A stretch of DNA of 64,000 nucleotides from an uncultured Planctomycetaceae bacterium (GTDB lineage: Bacteria > Planctomycetota > Planctomycetia > Planctomycetales > Planctomycetaceae). Position 1 is the first letter of the stretch, and each line of letters starts with the position of its first letter. The notes under the pieces were generated by a model that saw only the letters and a program-made list of their open reading frames with translations, was not told the origin of the DNA and did not search any database. Location of the stretch: assembly GCA_963815195.1 (NCBI GenBank), contig CAWFGE010000008.1, positions 256,001 through 320,000 of the forward strand, written 5' to 3'. Of this stretch, positions 58,878 to 64,000 are shown piece by piece. The position numbers and the translations under genes were made by a program.

Positions 58878-61850
58878 ATGCGGGTCCTTGGCTTCGTGTC
58901 TGTGGTTCTGTCGATCGGGTTCGCGGTCCCGGTTCTTCAAGCGGACAAGCCTCAATCCTCCGAGTCGACGGCCCGAGGTCGTGCATCGGCGGATCGGCCC
59001 AACAATCGCGTTTCGTGGACGACTTCCCGGGTGAAAGGTTCCCCCGATCCGCCTCCGCCTTACCGCATTGACAGGGTTTTCCCTCAATTGCACTTTGAAA
59101 ACCCGATTGCCCTCGTTTCCGGCCCCTTGGGACATCGGCTGTTTGTCGCGGAATTGGGGGGGACAATTTATTCCTTTCCATCAAATGGGAGGGATGTTAA
59201 ACCGGAAGTTTGCTTTGCGGGGAATACAGAAATTCCCGGATTAAGGAGACTTTACGGCTTCGCGTTTCATCCGCAATTCCGCAAAAACCGGCTCGTCTAT
59301 CTATGTTACGTCACTAAGGATCAACAGGATACTGGAACGCATGTTTCGTCGTTCCGCATGCGGGACACCGATCCGCCCGCCCTCGATCCCGCCAGCGAGA
59401 CCGTTTTGATCGAGTGGCGGTCCGGCGGGCACAACGGGGGCTGCTTGAAATTCGGCCCCGACGGGTTTCTCTACATCAGCACCGGCGACGCTTCGCCTCC
59501 CAACCCGCCGGACATTTACGCCACCGGGCAGGACTTGAGCGATCTTCTGGCGTCGATTTTGCGGATCGACGTGGACCACAACGATGCGGGGCTCAAATAT
59601 CACATTCCCCAAGACAATCCCTTCGCGGGACAAGCCGGGGTTCGGCCGGAAATTTGGGCGTATGGATTTCGCAACCCGTGGAAGATGAACTTCGACGCCG
59701 ACGGCAACCTGTGGGTCGGCGACGTGGGCTGGGAATTGTGGGAGATGATCTACCGCGTGGAGCGCGGGGGCAACTACGGCTGGAGCGTGATGGAAGGCCC
59801 GCAGCCCGTCCGCACCGAATATCGCCGCGGCCCCACGCCCATCCTGCCGCCCGCCGCCGTCCATTCACACATCGAATCCCGCTCCATCACCGGAGGCTCT
59901 GTCTACCGCGGCCAGGCCCTTCCGAAACTTCGCGGAGCCTACATCTACGGCGACTACGTCACCGGCAAAATTTGGAGCATCCGCTACGATTCCAAAACCA
60001 AAGCGGTGAGCGAACCGCAAGAACTCGTGGACTCGCCGCTGCAAATCATCACCTTCGGCGAAGCAGCCGGCGGCGAGCTTTACATCGTCGATTACCACGG
60101 CGGCATCTACCGCCTCGCCGACAACTCCGGCCGCCAGGCCAACCGCGATTTCCCCACGAAGCTCAGCGAGACCGGCCTGTATCAATCAGTCAAAGCTGAC
60201 AAACCGGCCGCGGGGGTGATTCCGTACTTCATCAACGCCGCGCCCTGGGAAGATGGCGCCGACGCGGAGCGGGTGTTGGCGATTCCCGGTGCACCGACCT
60301 TGGGGCTTTATCAAACCTCCGACGCCCAGATCGGTTATTTGAAAGGCCACTGGGAATATCCGTCGGGCACGGTGTTCGTCAAGACGCTGTCGCTGGAAAT
60401 GGAAGCCGGCCGGCCCGAAACCGCCCGCCGAATCGAAACGCAAATTCTGCACCGCGATGAAGACACCTGGCGGGGCTACACGTTTGAATGGAACGAAGAC
60501 CAGACGGATGCGGCGCTCGTTCCCGCCGATGGCCGGTCGCGAACCTACAAAATCAAAGATGACGCGGCCCCCGGCGGGAAGCGCGAGCAAACCTGGCGTT
60601 TCGCGAGCCGCACGGAATGCCTCGTCTGCCACGTGACGCGGGCGGGCACGGTGCTCGGTTTTCACGTGCCCCAGTTGGACCGCGCGTTGGATCAACAGGG
60701 GGGTTCCCCGAACCAGCTCGAGGCGTTCGTAAAACTCGGCCTGTTTGAAGAACCCTCTTCGGCCCTCAAAAAGCTCAACATCAAACCGGAGCCGGCGTAT
60801 CCCGATCCGCAGGATGCCTCGGCTTCGCTCGATCGGCGGGCTCGGACGTATCTGCAAATCAACTGCGCCCACTGCCATCGCCGGGGCGGCGGGGGGACGG
60901 CTCCGTTTGAACTCTTATCGAGTCTGCCGCTTTCCAAAACCGACGCCCTCGCCGCCCGGCCGACGCAGGGAGCTTTTGACATCTTTGGAGCGGAAGTCAT
61001 CTCGCCCGGTGATCCGTATCGTTCGGTGCTCTACTACCGCATGGCCACTCTCGGCAAAGGGCACATGCCCCACATCGGTTCGCAGCGCATCGATCGGCGC
61101 GGGCTTGGACTGATTCACGATTGGATTGCTTCACTTCCCCCCCAGTCAAATCGGGACAACAGCGACGGCGTCCGGCAGCGATTGCGAACAGCCGACGAAA
61201 AGGCAATCGCCCAATTGCCCAGCCAGAAAAGCCTCGATCATCTGCTCGGTTCCACCAGCGGGGCATTGATGCTGATGCACAGGACCGATCTGGATGACAA
61301 GGAAGTCCTCAAACTCGCTGCGGAAACGTCGGCTCCGATTCGCGGGTTGTTCGAGCGGTTCCTGCCGCCGGACCAGCGAACGAAGCAGTTGGGCACGTCG
61401 GTGAAGGCGGAAGAGATTTTGGCCCTCAATGGCAGCGCCGATCGGGGCCGGCAGTTGTTTCTCACCGGAGAGGGCGTCCAATGCCGAAACTGCCACCAGG
61501 TCGGGAGCGCCGGCAAAGAACTCGGCCCGAAATTCGACGAGATTGCGAAGCGGCTCTCGCCAAAGGACCTCTTAGAGAGTATTCTGGAACCGTCCAGGAA
61601 AATCGATCCCAAGTACGTCTCCTACCTGTTGGAGACGTCCCAAGGGCAGGTGCATTCGGGGCTCTTGGTGAAGCGGTCGGCGGACGAAGTCGTGCTCAAG
61701 GATGCCGCCGGGAAAACATTGACAATTCCCGCCGCCCAGGTCGAGCAACTGGTCCCGCAGCAGAAATCGATCATGCCGGAGCTCTTGCTCCGCGACCTGA
61801 CCGCCGAGCAAGTCGCGGATCTTTTGGCGTTTCTCAACGCATTGAAATAG
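58878..61850 (+). CDS. PQQ-dependent sugar dehydrogenase family protein with cytochrome c domains
   Basis: 'HNGGCLKFGPDG', 'GFRNPW', 'GGNYGW', and CLVCH, CAHCH, CRNCH. Confidence 0.9.
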   Translation: MRVLGFVSVVLSIGFAVPVLQADKPQSSESTARGRASADRPNNRVSWTTSRVKGSPDPPPPYRIDRVFPQLHFENPIALVSGPLGHRLFVAELGGTIYSFPSNGRDVKPEVCFAGNTEIPGLRRLYGFAFHPQFRKNRLVYLCYVTKDQQDTGTHVSSFRMRDTDPPALDPASETVLIEWRSGGHNGGCLKFGPDGFLYISTGDASPPNPPDIYATGQDLSDLLASILRIDVDHNDAGLKYHIPQDNPFAGQAGVRPEIWAYGFRNPWKMNFDADGNLWVGDVGWELWEMIYRVERGGNYGWSVMEGPQPVRTEYRRGPTPILPPAAVHSHIESRSITGGSVYRGQALPKLRGAYIYGDYVTGKIWSIRYDSKTKAVSEPQELVDSPLQIITFGEAAGGELYIVDYHGGIYRLADNSGRQANRDFPTKLSETGLYQSVKADKPAAGVIPYFINAAPWEDGADAERVLAIPGAPTLGLYQTSDAQIGYLKGHWEYPSGTVFVKTLSLEMEAGRPETARRIETQILHRDEDTWRGYTFEWNEDQTDAALVPADGRSRTYKIKDDAAPGGKREQTWRFASRTECLVCHVTRAGTVLGFHVPQLDRALDQQGGSPNQLEAFVKLGLFEEPSSALKKLNIKPEPAYPDPQDASASLDRRARTYLQINCAHCHRRGGGGTAPFELLSSLPLSKTDALAARPTQGAFDIFGAEVISPGDPYRSVLYYRMATLGKGHMPHIGSQRIDRRGLGLIHDWIASLPPQSNRDNSDGVRQRLRTADEKAIAQLPSQKSLDHLLGSTSGALMLMHRTDLDDKEVLKLAAETSAPIRGLFERFLPPDQRTKQLGTSVKAEEILALNGSADRGRQLFLTGEGVQCRNCHQVGSAGKELGPKFDEIAKRLSPKDLLESILEPSRKIDPKYVSYLLETSQGQVHSGLLVKRSADEVVLKDAAGKTLTIPAAQVEQLVPQQKSIMPELLLRDLTAEQVADLLAFLNALK

Positions 61851-61930
61851 GTTGACAGTTTTGGCGAGCCGAGGCCGCGCCAGCGGCCGGGTGATAACAG
61901 TTTTGAATTTTCAGTTTGCGGTTTTAAATA

Positions 61931-63505
61931 ATGGATGAGTGGTTTTACAAAGCGTTTGGCGAAGAACACGGACCGGTTTCGTTTGGCCGATTGCAGGAGA
62001 TGGCTCTGAAAAACCAGCTTTCCCCGCAGGACCAGGTGCGGACTGCGGAATGGAAAGAATTCGTCGCGGCCCGCACGGTGCCGCAGTTGTTCCCCAAGCA
62101 TCGGCTGGAAGACGAAGCCCACGCCGCGGAGGAAATTGACGACCTGGATTTCGCGAGCATCGAATTGTCCGACGGCAATAAAGAAAGCGAATTGAGCAGC
62201 CTGGACGACTTGGACATTCAGGTGTCCGATGCGCCCACCGCCGCCAAAGTTTCCGGCCCCGTGGATGCCTATGGCTCGGTGATTGAGGAACAGCATTCGC
62301 CGCGTGAATCGGAATTCGCGAGTCTGGACGATTTGGACATCCAGATTTCGAACGCCCCGAGCGCGGGCCAATCCTCCGGGTCGATGGGTGCGTATGGCGC
62401 GCCCATCACAAAGACCGTGGAAGCACAATACATCTGCCTGGCGCTGGGCCACGAACTCGGCCCGATGCCTTTCGAAGACCTGCGGATGATGGCCCGCAAA
62501 GGGGAACTCGGCCTGGACGACGACGTTCGCCGGGAGGATGAAACCGAATGGCGGCCGGCGCGAACTGTTGACGGCTTGTTCCCGGGGTTTCAATACATGC
62601 CGGCCCCGGAGTCCGACGCCGCGGTCAGGATACCCGCATCGGAAGTTCCCGCCGCTCCGCCCGTGGAAGCACCGCCGCCCAAGCCGCAGACCGCAGGGTC
62701 CAACGGCCGGTCCGCCGCCAAGCCTGCGGAGAAACATCCTGAGAAACCCGCGGCTCGGAAACGCGCGAAGAAAAAACGCGCCGCAAAAGAAAAAAAAGAA
62801 GACCTCCAAAAATGGCTCTCGGATGAAGTTCCTTCCGCACCGGAAATACCGGCGGAGCCCGAACCGCAACCGGAGCCGGCGTCCCCACCCGCCGAGGAAG
62901 CAGCGCCCGCACCGGCTGCGGACACACCGAATCCGGCCGCGGCCTACCAGGCCCGCATGGCCGAACTCGCCCGCCAGCAATCCGTCGCCAAAACCCCCGC
63001 CGCCAAAGCCAAGGTGCAGGGCCCTTCGATGGGGGAACGAATCTCCGGCCTCGGGGAAAAGCTCAAAGGGAACCCCATCGCGTTGGGGATCTTCGTCGTG
63101 TTGGCGCTGGTGTTGATCGTCAAATACGTCCCCTGGCCGTTCGGCGCCGGGAATCAAGTCTTTTTCGATGAGATCACAACCATCGGCAGCGGTGTCAAGG
63201 AACTGCGGACGAAAAATGCCGGCCAGTCGCAAATCGACACTTACAAACGGCAAGTCATGCCCCGACTCGACGCCCTGGAACAGGAATTAAAAGATGCTGG
63301 TGCGGGATCAAAGGATCGACCGAAGCAGGAAATGCTCTGGGCCGTCGGAAATCTGAAAACCATCCTTGAAGGCGGCAAGCTCCCGAAGGAACCGACGCAA
63401 ACCGAGAAGCTTTACGACAGCCAAATGGCGACCGCGAAGGACTTGATGGAGGGAAAAACTCCCCAACCGCCCCCTCCGGCCACACCGGCTTCCAACGAGC
63501 CATAA
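61931..63505 (+). CDS. DUF4339 (GYF_2) domain membrane protein
   Basis: Two GYF_2-like repeats ('WFY...GPVS..L', 'LGPMPFEDL...W'), a Pro-rich linker and a TM helix. Confidence 0.8.
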   Translation: MDEWFYKAFGEEHGPVSFGRLQEMALKNQLSPQDQVRTAEWKEFVAARTVPQLFPKHRLEDEAHAAEEIDDLDFASIELSDGNKESELSSLDDLDIQVSDAPTAAKVSGPVDAYGSVIEEQHSPRESEFASLDDLDIQISNAPSAGQSSGSMGAYGAPITKTVEAQYICLALGHELGPMPFEDLRMMARKGELGLDDDVRREDETEWRPARTVDGLFPGFQYMPAPESDAAVRIPASEVPAAPPVEAPPPKPQTAGSNGRSAAKPAEKHPEKPAARKRAKKKRAAKEKKEDLQKWLSDEVPSAPEIPAEPEPQPEPASPPAEEAAPAPAADTPNPAAAYQARMAELARQQSVAKTPAAKAKVQGPSMGERISGLGEKLKGNPIALGIFVVLALVLIVKYVPWPFGAGNQVFFDEITTIGSGVKELRTKNAGQSQIDTYKRQVMPRLDALEQELKDAGAGSKDRPKQEMLWAVGNLKTILEGGKLPKEPTQTEKLYDSQMATAKDLMEGKTPQPPPPATPASNEP

Positions 63506-63777
63506 ACAAACATCCAGAATCAAATCCGATCTCGAGCCCCTCTCCCGGTTGACGCCTCCATCTCGAACCGTAGAATGACTGCGCGTTTCGCCTCGTCACC
63601 GATAACCGATTTTTGTTCATATAATTGGGCGAGCGAAGCGATTGTGATTATCCGGGCGGCGGGGCCAACCGAAACCGGCTTTGCGATATAACCTCTTAGG
63701 TTTCTTGAGCTTTTGGCTATCATCGAATCCGTCCCGCCGCGGAATGTGTTTTCTCCTTTGCGAGTGCTGACTCAATC

Positions 63778-64000
63778 ATGTCTTACCGTTTGCTGACCGC
63801 CCTGCCTGTGTACAACGAGGCAAATCATGTGGCGGATGTGCTCCGCGAAGTCACCCGGCACGCGGATGAGTTGTTGGTCGTCGATGATGGATCGGCCGAC
63901 GAGACGCCCCAAATCCTGAAGGATCAACAGAAGCTCTACGGCCGCAAGGTGTTGCAAATCCAACGCCACCGCAAAAATCAGGGATACGGGGCGGCCCTCA
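63778..64000 (+). CDS. Glycosyltransferase family 2 (partial)
   Basis: Manual translation MSYRLLTALPVYNE...VVDDGSAD...HRKNQGYGAAL. Confidence 0.88.
   Translation, partial: MSYRLLTALPVYNEANHVADVLREVTRHADELLVVDDGSADETPQILKDQQKLYGRKVLQIQRHRKNQGYGAAL

Noticed and set aside
1..64000. CRISPR array or cas genes
   Set aside because: No regularly spaced direct repeats with unique spacers and no Cas-like ORFs were seen.

Overview
GC-rich bacterial DNA that looks planctomycete: it has DUF1501/DUF1553 and DUF1552/DUF1592 pairs, a PQQ-dehydrogenase/cytochrome c fusion, a GYF_2 protein and REP-like palindromes. Many genes carry 1-nt frameshifts, probably long-read assembly errors. The main accessory feature is a ~15-kb integrative element in tRNA-Cys(GCA), bounded by a 49-bp direct repeat (16738-16786 / 31758-31806). 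Its core is a tyrosine integrase, AlpA/Xis-like proteins and a DnaB-N/DUF3987 replication protein. Its cargo looks conflict-related: (i) an ImmA/IrrE metallopeptidase coupled to a stand-alone class III nucleotide cyclase; (ii) a type III-like restriction-modification pair whose middle is replaced by an intact, AT-richer three-gene operon (COMMD-like protein, helical-repeat protein, permuted papain-like thiol hydrolase); (iii) a DUF6932 nucleotidyltransferase-like/XRE pair with a palindromic operator. Outside the element are a degenerate tRNA-like cloverleaf, blaI/blaR1 remnants, and a specialised TPR-like/J-like/GrpE/Hsp70/Zn-finger operon enclosed by 247-bp inverted repeats. All family calls come from motif recognition by eye; no searches were run.
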